From Chiloscyllium plagiosum (taxonomy: Eukaryota), in contig NC_057718.1 in assembly GCF_004010195.1 (NCBI RefSeq), forward strand, positions 88,015,424-88,079,423: DNA of 64,000 bases, given 5' to 3'. Under the pieces are notes generated by a model. That model did no database searches, had not been told where the DNA came from, and saw nothing but the letters and a program-made list of their open reading frames with translations. Position numbers and translations under genes: made by a program. Positions 1 through 12,660 of this stretch are shown here, one piece after another. Each line of letters opens with the position of its first letter. Position 1 is the stretch's first letter.

Positions 1-599
1 TCACCTATGTATTCCCACTTTACTGGAACATTTTTTGGCATCCTGATTTCTAATACAATCCTTCATGTATGACTTATTTGCATAAATTTAGTTGCTAGCT
101 CCTCATCAATTGTTTCTCAGCTGTGAATTTTTACATCCCTACATTATTTTCTGGGTCTTGCTGGTTTAAATGTTTGCTCCTTACCCTCATAATTAATGTA
201 CCTTGTATTGTCAAATTTTGGTCAGCTGGAACTTGTTTTAACAGATCTATGCAAATGACCACCTTTTCCACTTTCCATCATACGCTTATCAAAGCTGGGC
301 CAGGTCCCAATCTGGTTTTAACATGCTATTCATCCTATTGGTGGATTTTTCTTTGGTCACGGTTTGACTGGTGAAATTTTGAATCTGTCAACTCTCTCCT
401 TTCCAATCCAATCCACACTGAAATTTCATTGGTGTCTTAATCCTGGCATTTCACATCTAATGTCAATATGTGGTAGCCCAATCATAGACTACAGTGATTT
501 AAAGATGGACATCACTTCACCTTCCAGGAAGGTGGGCAGTATATTCAGCTTTTCAAGACTCCTCTTTTTATTTCAAAAATACTCTTTGGAAGGTTAGGA

Positions 600-975
600 T
601 TAAAACATAAATAGATCAGGAATAGCTGTGCATGCTTTGCCACTTAATACAATCCAGTCTTGATTTCCTGAGAATCAAAAATCTGTCTTATACTCTATCA
701 TTTGCGTTTCCTGGAGTACAGAATTCGCAAAGGTTCCCAACTCTTAGTAAATTGGTCCTAACCTTAGTTCCAAATAATTGTCCCCTTATTGTGAGACATT
801 GCCTTATTGTTCTAGCTTCCCAACTATGGAAAGTCACTTCTATCTACTCTTTCTAAGCCCCTTTGGAATCTTGCACTCTGACTTCACTTCACAATCTTCC
901 AAACTCCAGACAGTATAGGTCAATTTATTCAGCTTTTCATTGTAGGAGAACGCTCTTATCCCAGGAATGAACCAA
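600..975 (-). mobile_element. Old CR1 LINE 3' fragment
   Basis: Degenerate similarity to the CR1 3' tails at 7060-7500 and 12050-12660. Confidence 0.45.
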
Positions 976-1039
976 TAAAGCAAACTAGCTATTTATTGTA
1001 AACTTAATTATAACTTGAGACATACAGATATGTAATTCA

Positions 1040-1792
1040 TTGAAAGTTGTCACAGGGTGGTAAAGAAAGCATTTGGCACATTTGCATTCATTACTCCGAC
1101 TGTTAAGTGATTGAGGTGGGATGTCATGTTGTGCTTGTAAAGGACGTTGGTGAGGACACTGGAGTATTGCGTACAGTTCTGGTTACCCTTCTATAGAAAG
1201 CATATTATTAAATTGGAGAGGGTGCAGGAAAGATTTTAAATGAGTTTACTGGGACTGGAGGATTTGAGTTGCAGGGATAGGCTGGGACTTTTTTCCCTGG
1301 AGCACAGGAGGTTGACGGGTCATCTTTTATAGAGATTTTATAAAATCATGGGCATAAGCAAGATTTTCCTGAGAGTAGAGGGTTTCAAAACCAGGGGACA
1401 TAATTTTAAGGTGGAGGAGAAGGATTTAAAAAGAACCTGACGGGTCATCTTTTATAGAGATTTTATAAAATCATGGGCATAAGCAAGATTTTCCTGAGAG
1501 TAGAGGGTTTCAAAACCAGGGACATAATTTTAAGGTGGAGGAGAAGGATTTAAAAAGAACCTTGGGGACAACTTTTTTCAGTGGGTGGTTTGTATGTGGA
1601 ATGAACTGCTAGAGCAAGTGTATATGCAGGTGGGGTTACAACATTTAAGAGTCATTTGGAAAGAGACACAAATAGGAAAGGTTTAGGGGGATATAGGCTA
1701 AATGCAGGCAAATGGGACGAATTTATTTGGGGAAACTTGGTCCCGCTTGGACAAATTGGATTGAAGGTTCGGTTTCCATGCTATATGACTCT
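1040..1792 (+). mobile_element. CR1 LINE 3' fragment (RT C-terminus and 3' tail), decayed
   Basis: Encodes remnants of LVRPxLEYCVQFWxP...KDIIKLERVQ; 3' tail matches other CR1 copies in the window. Confidence 0.85.
1313..1561 (+). repeat. 125-bp tandem duplication inside CR1
   Basis: 1313-1437 and 1438-1561 are identical except one G in a homopolymer. Confidence 0.9.
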
Positions 1793-1822
1793 AAGGCATT
1801 TTTCTTTTAACTTGCCTGATAT

Positions 1823-3076
1823 CAGAGTTGTAGAGATGTACAGCACAGAAACAGACCCTTAGGCCAACCGAGTCCATGCTGACCAGATATCCCAATCTAA
1901 TCTAGTCCCATTTTCCAGCACTTGGCCCATATCCCTGTAAACCTTTCCTATTCATATACACATTCAGATGCCTCTTAAATGTTGCAATTCTACCAGCCTC
2001 CACCACTTCCTCTGGCAGCTAATTCCATACACGTACCACCTTCTGGGTGAGAAATTTGCTCTTTAGGTCCTTTTTATATCTTTCCCCTCTCGCCCTAAAC
2101 CTATGCCCTCCCCCACCATAGGGAAAATACTTTGTCTATTTATCCTATCCATGCCCCTCATGATTTTATAAACCTCCTGAGGTCACCCCTCAGCCTCCGA
2201 CGCTCCAGGGAAAACTGTCCCAGCCTGTTCAGCGTCTCCCTGTAGTTCAAATCCTCCAACCCTGGCAACATTCTTGTAAATCTTTTCTGAACCCTTTCAG
2301 GTTTCACAACATCATTCCGATAGGAAGAAGACTAGAATTGCACTCAATGTTCCAAAAGTGGCCTTACCAATGTCCTGTATAGCCACAACATGACCTCCCA
2401 ACTCTTGTACTCAATATTTTGACCAATTAAAGAAAGCATACCAAAGGCTGCCTTCACTATCCTATCTATCTGTGACTCTACTTTTCATGGAGCTATAAAT
2501 CTGCAGTTCAAGGTCTCTTTGTTCAGCACCACTCTCTAGGACCTTACCGCTAAGGGTATAAGTCCTGCTCTGATTTGCTTTCCCAAAATGTAGCACTTCA
2601 CATTTATCTATATTAAACTTCATCTGCCACTTCTCAGTCCATCGGCCCATCTGATCAAGATCCCGTTGTAATCTGTGGTAACCTTCTTCGCTGTCCACTA
2701 CACCTCCAATTTTGGTATCATCTGCAAACTTACTAACTATATCTCCTACGTTCATATCCAAATCATTTACGTAAATGACGAAAAGTAGTGGACCCAGCAC
2801 CGATCCTTGTGACACACCACACTGGTCACAGGCCTCCAGTCTGAAAAACAACACTCCACCACCACCACCATCACCACCACCACCTTTTGTCTTCTATCTT
2901 CTAGCCAGTTCTATATCCAAATGGCTAGTTCTCCCTGTATTCCATGAGATCTAACCTTGCTAACCAACCTCCCATGGGGAACCTTGTCAAAGGCCATACA
3001 GAAGTCCATATGGATCATGTTCACAGTTCTGCCCTCATAAATCCTCTGTTACCTTTTCAAAAAGCTCAATCAAGTT
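1823..3076 (-). mobile_element. 5'-truncated CR1 LINE (RT and 3' tail)
   Basis: ORF 2462-2854 has [21 protein letters not shown]...SKFADDTKIGG, typical of CR1 RT; (CCA)n expansion at ~2857-2884. Confidence 0.93.
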
Positions 3077-3489
3077 CAGCTCTGGCTCCTCTGAGAGTTC
3101 AAGCTACTTATCTTTTCTGGGCTTTTTAGGAACCGAATCAGATTTTTTTGTTTTGTCCCTTCCTATTTTACCAACCTCCTGGGGTGAGAAATTTCATTTT
3201 TAGTGACACAGTTGAATATTTACAGTTTTTAAAATGGCACATAATGTTCCACATGTGGCCTTCCCAAAGAACTGGTGATAAAATGCCCTTGAGATGCATC
3301 CCAGTCCTTGACTGAGCTTGTTTCAGTCATAACTATTTTCTTGAAAGAAAATAAACTGATTTTTTTTTCTCCTGCCACCCACCCCTGTTTTTTAAAATAA
3401 ACACTTCATGTTTTCATGATTCATCATTTTGTGCTTGTTCTTATGATTATTATTAGCTAGCCAAGCCCCTTTTTCCAGACCATCTGGAA

Positions 3490-3835
3490 ACAGTAGGCAT
3501 AAATGGGTCATTTTCAGGTTGGTGATCAAGATTAGTGCTTCAGTTATTTACAATGTATTAAAATCTTGAATGAAGGAACCAAATGTACAGTTGCTGAATT
3601 TGCCAAAGACTCTAAGGTTCTCTTCACAAATTATATTCCTGCCTTGGTGTAGATAGGTTAGATAATGGGCAACAAAAATTGTCTGCTAGAATATAATATA
3701 GGAAGATGTGAACTTGTCTTCTTTGGCAGAAAGAAAAGGAAAGCAGCATATTTTTTAAATGGGGGGGGGGAGAAACTGAGCCTCAGAGATTTGAGAATCC
3801 TGCTATATCAATCCCAAATAGTATGCAGGTATAGC
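3490..3835 (+). mobile_element. Old CR1 RT fragment
   Basis: Decayed vaEFAKDSK (FADDTK equivalent) and YNIGRCELVFFGRK motifs. Confidence 0.6.
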
Positions 3836-3837
3836 AA

Positions 3838-4040
3838 AGTGGTGGTGATGGCCTAGTGATCGTGTCATTGGACTATTAATCTAGTGACCTAAGTAATGTT
3901 CCAAGAGCCTGGGTTCAAACCCTATCATTGAAGATGGTGCGGTCTGAATTCAATTTAAAACAATCTGGAATTAAGAGTCTGATGACCATGAATCCATTGT
4001 CAGCTGTCAGAAAAGTCCAATTGGTTCTCTAATGTCTTTT
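3838..4040 (+). mobile_element. tRNA-derived SINE, second shark-type family (related copies ~5660-5925 minus, ~15720-15960 plus, ~23833-24235 plus)
   Basis: A-box-like TGGCCTAGTG and B-box GGGTTCAAACCC. The family body GGTTC(A/T)CTAATGTC...GGAAGGAAA...TTACCTGGTCTGGCCTA...GTGACTCCAGA recurs among the copies; this copy ends after CTAATGTC. Confidence 0.7.
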
Positions 4041-5345
4041 CTTTTTTTTTTCTACAGAGTCTTTGTCTTTTTACTGCTTTGGAAACATTCTGGTGCAGTA
4101 TGCTGGCTTGTTAATGTCATTTAGACAAGCCAAATACCCATTAAAATTATAAAATATTCAGGTGATAGTAGGACTACAAGTTGTAGAAGCAGAGACCATT
4201 GGCCTAGAGTGTGCTCCATTATTCATTGCAATCATAGTAATTTGGCATTCGGGTTAATTTTTACACACCACAAACTATTTGTGTGCAAGGAACTCTGGCT
4301 CACTGGTCTAATGGATAATATTTGTGCAAGGACACTCCAGAAGGTTGCTTTCAAACTCGAAAGGTAATTGCAGTGAAGTGCTACAGTTATGCTTCTACTC
4401 ATCACATGTTAAAGAGATTCTAGACCAAATGTTCAAATAAAAACATCTGTGTGGACCTGGTTGGAAAGAATTCCAGATTTGACTAATTGATCCTGAAGTA
4501 ATGCATCGTAGGTTAACCTAGATAATGTCTAATAAAATGTCTAGCTTCACAACTATGGATGCTGGCTTAATTAATGTTTCCTTTATGTCCTTCTTTTCAT
4601 GTATTTTTTTTCTCTTGATGCATTGCTGAGTCTCGTTTGTGACTGTCCTGGAAACATTATCTGAACTTGTGAATTGTGTGTGTTTGTGCTTCAACTACTT
4701 CTGGTCTTGTCTCCATTTTTTTTTTAAACAAAGTAATAAACCTGACAAGTATAGGCCAATCAGACTAATGTAACTGGCACAAAATATTTGCCAGATAGCA
4801 ATTAACTGTTGTTTGAGAAAATCTGGGTTAATAAATGGTGGCACGCTTGGATTTATTGACAGGACAGCCCAGCAATGATATGATGGTAGCAGTGAATGAT
4901 TTTGTTTTTTTCACAATGAGCAAAGTACACACCTTTTGTACAAAAGGTCAGCATTCAAGTTTCTACCCTAATGACCTAAACTAGAGAGAATTTCCATGTT
5001 TGACTTAATTATAACAAACTGAATAGAATAATAACCAACCTTGAGAGGATATAGACAAACTGGAGAATAGATTACATCTGTCATGTGGCCATAAAATGTA
5101 GTAAAGTGAAAGTGTTGAATCTTAATTGGAAGCATTAGAAGTTTTCAAAATAAAGTAATACAATATTATTAGATTGAAAGAACAGTAACTATATGTACCT
5201 AAAACTTTGAATCTGGAAAAGTAACATAAGGCATTTCCTTTCTCAAATGTAAGATGGATATTTCACTTCATGATAACAGGAATAAAGTCAGAAGACAGAC
5301 TAAAATAGCATCTCCAACAATGCAGTATTCTTAAGAAGAGAAAAG

Positions 5346-5640
5346 AATCCCTACAATGTGGAAACAGGGCCTTTGGCCTGATAAGTCCATACCGACCCAC
5401 CGAAGAGTATTCCCACTCAAACCCATGCCCCATTTACTCTACTTTTACCCCTAACCAACACATCACTGAACACTATGGGCAATTTAGCATGGTCAATGCA
5501 CATCCTTTGACTGTGGGAGGAAACTAGAGCACGCAGACACGCTGAGAATGTGCAAACTCGCCACAAACAGTTGACTGAGGCTAGAATTGAACCCTGGTGA
5601 TGTGAAGCAGCAGTGCTAACCACTAAGTCACTGTGCCACC
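5346..5640 (-). mobile_element. HE1-like V-SINE
   Basis: Reverse complement starts GGGTGGCACAGTGACTTAGTGGTTAGCACTGCTGC, then B-box GGGTTCAATTC, V-domain and CR1-like tail. Confidence 0.85.
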
Positions 5641-7059
5641 CCTATTCCCTTGGCTCAGAGAGCAGTTGAGAGTCAACCACATTTGCTGTGGATCTGGAGT
5701 CACTTGTAGGCCAGACCAGGTAAAGATGGTAGTTTCCTTCCCTTAAAGGACCTTAGTGAAACGGATGGATGTTTAAAAAAATCAACGATTGGTTAATGGT
5801 CATAATTAGACTCTCAACACTAGACTTTTTAATTGAATTTAAATTCTACTATTTTCCATGGCAGGATTTGAACCCAGATATCTAGAACGCTTACGGTTGA
5901 GTGGTAATACCACTAGGCCATGACCTACCACTGTAAAAGTTTAAAGTCTTTGTGTTAGTTTAGTAGAAATTAAAATGTGTCTGTCCATACTTTGAAACCT
6001 CACACTGATTTCTTTCCAAATGGCAGTGACGTCAGCCTTGCTACAGTACTTCCTGTCATAGTGGAAGAGACCAGTGTTGCAGTAGGACTGATGTCACCAT
6101 CATTTGGGAAGTCCAACTGAAAGCACACAGGATGGAACAAACGAAGAAAATTTCAGACAACCTTGAAAATATGATTGCTGTTTTCAGTAAGTAGTATTCT
6201 ACTCTGGAAATTCTCAAATTTGGAAAGGGTGGTGCATGGGATAAGATTGTAAAGAAAACTGACTAAGCAATGGGTCTAGCATGGTTGCTGTGTAGAGGGT
6301 TAGCAATGATGTGGTAGACTAAGTCACATCTTGTATTGTAAACAGTCTTTGTGAGGAGTGTAAAGGAGACAGTTGGTGGCAGAAAAGAAACTGAATGCTA
6401 CCTTTGTGCAAAGATGATCCTAGATTAGTGAAAAGTTTTGGTAGAGGACAGCAGAAAACTAAGGTGTGAAATGGTGCAACAGGACTTGCCACTGAATGGT
6501 TAAACTAGCTGAAAGCTATATAGTTTGAGGTCTGTATCTCAAGAGAATTAAGGTGAACAATAATGCCGAGAGTGCAAGAGATTTTTAGGAAAATCTTGCA
6601 ACTGATGCAGTTTGTATCTCATGTATTTAACCCTTTCTTAAATACAAAGCCGTGTACTTGATTTCATGACCTGTCATGGCCGGCTGAATTCACTTTTCAG
6701 GAGACAGTGGTGTACTTTTAAATTCTTCTTCAGGAACCTGTGATGACCTTTTCCTTTTGGGTATAAACTTTCAAATGAAGAGAAGTTTCAGAAAAGTGAG
6801 GGCAGAGGCTGTTGCTGCAGGCAATTTTTTTGACTGTTTGCTTCAAATCCAAGATCCTTTTTTATTTCAATCCAAAAACTGGTTTATGACCATTATGTTG
6901 CGGTCTTGGGTTTTCATCCATGCAGCTTGTTCCTTGCAAATACAACACTGCTGTTCAAGCTGGTCATTTTTTTTTTTTGCTTTTCACTGTTTCATCCAAA
7001 AGTTCCAGATTTCATATACACACACCCAGGTGTACTGTCAGGTCAATGAAAACTTGGGA

Positions 7060-8420
7060 AACTGAGAGCAGAAGTAGGCTGATCCTCTATTTTGATGCCA
7101 TTATTCTAGCTTTCTCCCCATGTCACTTGATGCCCCTAACTGTTACCTCTGTCTTTCCTGAATATATTCAATGACCTGGCCTCCATCGCCTTCTGTGGGC
7201 AAGAATTAGATAGGCTCACTACCCTTGCAAGCGAAGAAATTTCCTCCTCTCATTGCTAAATGGCCTACTGATATTCTGAGCTTAAGTTCCCTGGTTCTAG
7301 ATTCTTCAATTGTAGTAAACCAACCTTCCTGCATCTGTCTGTCTAGTCATGTTTATAATTTTACATTTCAATTAGATCCCCTCACCCTTTAAATTATAAA
7401 TGGGTTTAGGCCCTACCAAACCAATCACCCCTCATTTGATGGTCCTGCTATCTGCAGTTTTAGCCTAGTGAACCTCTACACTCCCTTTATGGCAAGTAAT
7501 CCTTTCTTTTATAGGCCAGCCAAAACTGTATGCAATACTGTAGGCATAGTCTGAACAAGGAACTCTACAACTGCAGCAGGACATCCCTGCTTCTGAACTC
7601 AAATCTTCTCAAACTCAATATACCATTCACCTTTCTAATTTATTTACTGCATCCACTTGTGTACTTTCCTTGACTGGTATACAAGGTTACCCAGATCTCT
7701 CTATCCATCCACACTTTTCAACATATCATAATTTAATGCTTTCCTGTTTTTGCACTCTAAAATGTATAACTTCCCAGTTAGCCATGTTGTACTGCTTCTG
7801 CCACGTTGGTCAGTTCACTTGACTTGTCTAAATTATTTAGAAGCATCGGTATATTCTGCTCATAACACTCAATCCTACTCAGTTTTGTGTCATCAGCATA
7901 CTTGGAAATTTTGCATTTGGTTCCCTCATCCAGGTTATTTACATAAATCATGACTAGTTGGGGCTTAAGCACTGACTTTTATGGCATCCTACTAGTTACA
8001 GCCTGCCACTTGGTAAAAGACCCATTTCTTTCGATTCTGTTTCCTGTCTGTCTCACTCCATATTATCCCCATCCCATGTACTTAAATTTGTCCACTAATA
8101 CCAATGAGGTACTGTATTAAGGTACTGAAGAAGGGCTTATGCCCGAAACGTTGATTCTCCTGTTCCTTGGATGCTGCCTGACCTGCTGCGCTTTTCCAGC
8201 AACAAATTTTCAGCTCTGTATTAAGGTACTGTACTTCCACTGAATTGCTGTTGCCAGACTAGGAAGTTTAGTAAATACACCATGTCCACTGGTTCTCATT
8301 TTTCTAAGTTCCAGTAGATTTAATCATAATGTACTTTTAATAAACTGGCTTTATCCAATCCCATTAAAGCTTTCCACATGTACAGTTATCACAATAATAG
8401 GCTCTAGTATTTTCCCCACT
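7060..8420 (-). mobile_element. Old CR1 LINE fragment, interrupted by a hammerhead element
   Basis: ORF 7778-7972 IYVNNLDEGTKCKISKYADDTKL; CR1-type 3' tail toward 7060. Confidence 0.8.
8125..8218 (+). mobile_element. Short hammerhead-bearing non-autonomous element (family A)
   Basis: Starts CTGAAGA-A-GGGC(TTAT)GCCC-GAAA-CG-TT; flanked by 16-bp direct repeat CTGTATTAAGGTACTG (8112-8127, 8216-8231). Confidence 0.85.
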
Positions 8421-10616
8421 AATGAGTACAATATAATTAGATATTACAAATTAATATTTGAGATCTTTTATCACTGTTTTAATTTAAGAAACACAGCCGG
8501 ATAGTGAGATAATGAACAGACAATTTCCTTTATCAACTAATATCATTTAATACCCTGGACACTGGGCAAAACTCTTTTTTTCTAAATGGGGTTGTAAATT
8601 ATTATTTTACTTTCACCTGACAGCAAGCATTGTTTATGGTTTCTCTGCAAGATGGCACCTTTTTAAAACTGCAGCGTGACCACTCCAGGTTCTACACTCC
8701 AATTTTGAGTGCGACAAGGCCACTCACTGAATCATGTTTAATGTAAAGCTAGTGTCCTGTGTTCAGAGACTCAAGACTGCTTCTAGCTCAACATAATTTT
8801 AAACAGCCATATTGTCTTAAAATTAGCAATCCTGTTTGTTTTTCCTGGGGAAAATAAGTGAACTGGATGTGAAACCATTCCTCAAACCTGTTTGTGTTTT
8901 TTTGGTGCTGGCTTTGTACTATGTTGACATCCAGGAATGAGGATCTACAAAAGTGCTGTGGACTCGGGTGTTTACTAATGGAAAGCTATTTTCTCTCCGA
9001 CTGATGGAGTGACTTAATGATGTGCCACACCTTTTCCATTGAATTGCTATTGTCAGGCTAGTAAATTTAGTATTCTGAAAGGAGTCTTTTTAAATTAGAA
9101 TTCCTTGCAAAATTAGCAAGGAGTGCAACTGGTGTTCTAATAGTGTTTCAGTGCTTTTCCTCTTTATTGCCAATCAAGTTTAGTGGGCACTCTGCCTCAG
9201 TACGTACTTAACAAATGAGTGACATTTATTCAAGAGCTGAAGTACTTATTCAGCAAGAGACCTTTTAATGTTGCAGTAATTTTCTCTGAAAATAAGACTT
9301 CAGCACTGACCTATACTGTTAAAGAATGCATATTGACCTATTTCTACACGGTCTGTTTAGAATGCTGTCGTGAATCAGTAGTCACACTCAGCTGCAATGT
9401 AAAAGCACTAGTATCAATAGAGATTAACTGCTAAATATTAAACTGGGCAAAGTCCAAAGTTTATTAAATAACTCCTAATTTGCTTTCTAAGATTTTTCAA
9501 TTAAATCCATCTATGGAATGTCTCTCAAACTCATCCTGCTTATTAAGTGTACTTCAGTTGTAAAGGCACTGTATCATGAGTAAATTTTTAAAATATGCCA
9601 CACCATTATAAGACATCTTCCCATCTGAGAGGTGTTTTTTCTTACAACAAGGGATTACTTTCCAAAGTGTTTTTCAGTCAACCACATTCTTGCACCGTGG
9701 TCTCACGTACAGCAATGCAATTTAGGCCAAATCACCTGCTTTTAACGGTGTGGTTGAGGGATTGCCAGGATTTGGGAAGAGCTCTCTTGCTGATTTTTGG
9801 AATTGTGCCTTGGGATCTTTTAATGCTCCCTAAGGTTTCTCTTTGGGATTGCTTCCAGTAGTTTTCTGGAAATGATTTTAACTTTTTTTTGCTTTCCTTT
9901 TAATATTGGATAAGATTTGGAAGTGAGGGATAAGGTTGTTTAATAGTCAAGAATTGTGCATTTGGATAACAGAATCTGAAAGTTGTCCAATCTGTACCAT
10001 TTTTCCCCAGACTCTGGACACTTGGGTATCTAATGGTGGAAGTTTAGGAACACTTGGGGCAGGAGATCATTTTTGTGCAAGTTCCAGGAATATAACTAAT
10101 CAAAGATTGCAGTCCTAACTGTCATTGGAAGGCATACAAGAATCAACAATATATCTTGTGACATGTGGAATACTGAGGGGACATCAAAGGCTTGGTTTCC
10201 AGCAAATACTTTGAGTGTCTGACTTGACATGTCATCTTTTTAAATGAATGCAAGAATCACAATCAAAAAAATCCATGTGTAAATGTTCATTTCAATTACT
10301 TTTCCCTGAATTATATAAATTGAAATAGTGAAAATTCTAAAAATGAGACAGGCCTGTTTGCATCTGTAAAGAGGAAATGTTAGTTATAATAAAGGCTCCA
10401 TAAACTGAATCATGAATTTTCTCTTCTCTCCAGGTGTTGACCGTGTATCCAGCATCTTTTTCTTTTGAGATTACTAGCATCTGTATTTACCTAGTTTTAA
10501 GTTCAAATGGAATTGCGATCCCTGATGTACATGCTCAACAAAAGTTTTCAGCTGAAGGTTTTGGTCAAAAATGGCAAACCTTGTTGGATCTGTTCACCGA
10601 GCTGGGAATTTGTGTT

Positions 10617-10656
10617 GCAAACGTTTCATCCCCTGTCTAGGTGACATCCTCAGTGC
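10617..10656 (-). ncRNA. Minimal type I hammerhead ribozyme (family C, inverted copy)
   Basis: Reverse complement reads GCA-CTGAGGA-T-GTCACCTAGACAGGGGAT-GAAA-CG-TT-TGC; core intact, G-U closing pair in stem II, GUU triplet. Confidence 0.75.
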
Positions 10657-11238
10657 TTGGGAGCCTCCTGTGTAGCGCTTCTGTGATGTTTCCTCCGGCA
10701 TTTATAGTGATTTGTACCTGCTGCTTCCAGTTGTCAGTTCCAGCTGTCTGTCGCAGTGGCTGGTATATTGGGTCCAGGTCGATGTGCTTATTAATTGAAT
10801 CTGTGGATGAGTGCCATGCCTCTAGGAATTCCCTGGCTGTTCTCTGTTTGGCTTGTCCTNNNNNNNNNNNNNNNNNNNNNNNNNNNNNNNNNNNNNNNNN
10901 NNNNNNNNNNNNNNNNNNNNNNNNNNNNNNNNNNNNNNNNNNNNNNNNNNNNNNNNNNNNNNNNNNNNNNNNNNNNNNNNNNNNNNNNNNNNNNNNNNNN
11001 NNNNNNNNNNNNNNNNNNNNNNNNNNNNNNNNNNNNNNNNNNNNNNNNNNNNNNNNNNNNNNNNNNNNNNNNNNNNNNNNNNNNNNNNNNNNNNNNNNNN
11101 NNAATAAGCACATCGACCTGGACCCAATATACTGGCCACTGCAGCGGACAGCTGGAACTGACAACCGGAAGCAGCAGGTACAAATCACTATAAATGCCGG
11201 AGAAAACATCACAGAAATGCTTCACAGGAGGCTCTCAA

Positions 11239-11278
11239 GCACTGAGGATGTCACCTAGACAGGGGACGAAACGTCTGC
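11239..11278 (+). ncRNA. Minimal type I hammerhead ribozyme (family C, in a PLE terminal repeat)
   Basis: GCA-CTGAGGA-T-GTCACCT(AGAC)AGGGGAC-GAAA-CG-TC-TGC: stem I GCA/TGC, intact core, stem II with one mismatch, ACGU palindromic stem III, predicted cleavage after GUC at 11275. Confidence 0.85.
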
Positions 11279-11479
11279 AACACAAATTCCCAGCTCGGCG
11301 AACAGAACCACAACAACAAGCACCCAAGCTACAAATCTTCTCCCAAACTTTGAACACCATTTTGGAAGACCGTTTTATGTAAATGTTCTCTCAACTATTT
11401 GCTACTGACCCCAACAGTGTACTCTGCCAACAAGTTGTCATTCAGATTATTCCTGAAGTCCAGCAACAAAAGAGTTTTG

Positions 11480-11772
11480 TTTCTTAGTCGCATCCTCATG
11501 TTCAGATCCTTCCATGGCTTCTCTCCTCACAATAACCCCTTGCACATTCCTGATGTTTAATTATTATTCAGCTGTCTAGATGTTAAACTCTGGAATTCTT
11601 TCATTAAACCTCTTGTGCCACTTTATTTTTTCCTTTAAATTATACTTTTAAACCTACTTGGCCCAAGTTGTTAGTCACTTGCCCTAAAACTCCTTTATTT
11701 AGCTTGGGATCACATTTTAACTATTTGCTGTCCTGAAGCACTTGGAATGTTCGTGTTAGAAGCACCATATAC
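11480..11772 (+). mobile_element. L2-type LINE 3' tail, decayed (similar pieces ~25030-25550, ~36920-37130)
   Basis: AAACTCTGGAATTC...AAACCTC...TCCTTTAA...AAACCTAC...GTCACTTGCCCTAA...TGAAGCACTTGG resembles recalled fish/shark L2 3' ends. Confidence 0.5.
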
Positions 11773-12049
11773 ATTTTTTTTATTCTAGATGACACTCTCC
11801 AAAAACATAGCTTTAGTTTTAACTTGTATAGGGACAACACCCAGCTCTACATAACTATCTCTTGATTCCTGCTATGTTTTTGAATAGTTGGACTAGTTAG
11901 ATATTATTAATCAACCTGGTCAGATGTTATGATATGTCTGAAGGAGGTTAAATTTTAACCTAGGTTTTCTGAATCAAGATGTAGGGATGGTACCATTGCA
12001 CCACAAGAAAACCAATTAGATAGTCTATCTCCTATTCAGTAATAGACAA

Positions 12050-12660
12050 AACATAGAAAATGAGAGTAGGTTATTTGGCCCTTCAAGCCTGTTCCACTAT
12101 TCAGTATGTTTTATGGCTGATCTTCCAACTCTGTATCCTGTTCAAGTTTTCTCCCCTTAAACCCTTTTCTGATCTTTTTTTCAGTCTTAAGAACTTGGTC
12201 TTGAAAGCAGTGTTTTTGCCTCTGACTTCTCCTCTTGGTGCAAAATTGCACAGATTCACACACTCTCTCTGGGTGAAGAAATTTCTCCTCATCTCAGTCC
12301 TAAATGGCTGACTTGTATCCTTGGACTGTGACCCCAAATTCTGGACTCACTGGTCATTTGGGAACATCGTTCTTGTGTTTATCCTGTACTCCTGTTTGAA
12401 TGTTATAGGTTTCTTCTAGGAGATTCTTTTCTTCTCTCCTCGCCTCCTTTCTTACCAACCCAGTCCTACCCTCTCCTGTCCAGCAACTAGAGTCCTCACC
12501 AATCCAGTTTCAGTCCCACCATCTTGGGGATCAATCTAGTAAACCTCGTGGCACAATCTCCAATGCCAGGTCATTCCTCCTTCAGAGAAGGAGACCAAAA
12601 CTGCGTGCACAACTCCCAGGCATGGTCTCACCAGGCCCTATACAATTGCAGAAAGACCCC
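12050..12660 (-). mobile_element. CR1 LINE 3' fragment (older subfamily)
   Basis: ORF 12101-12337 FRTEMRRNFFTQR..VNL is the CR1 ORF2 C-terminal motif. Confidence 0.8.

Larger units (their letters stand above)
10590..11354. mobile_element. Penelope-like element (Penelope/Poseidon-type) 3' ends arranged as an inverted repeat across an assembly gap
   Basis: GIY-YIG endonuclease C-terminus GQAKQRTAREFLEAWHSSTDSINKHIDLDPIY on minus and NKHIDLDPIY on plus; each arm is followed by a hammerhead. Confidence 0.85.

Noticed and set aside
1313..1561. 125-bp duplication as a biological event
   Set aside because: Near-identical copies inside an old decayed LINE, differing by one homopolymer base; an assembly overlap artefact is at least as likely.
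10637..11258. Long ORFs on both strands
   Set aside because: Lengths are inflated by the 243-N gap; only the GIY-YIG tail is meaningful.
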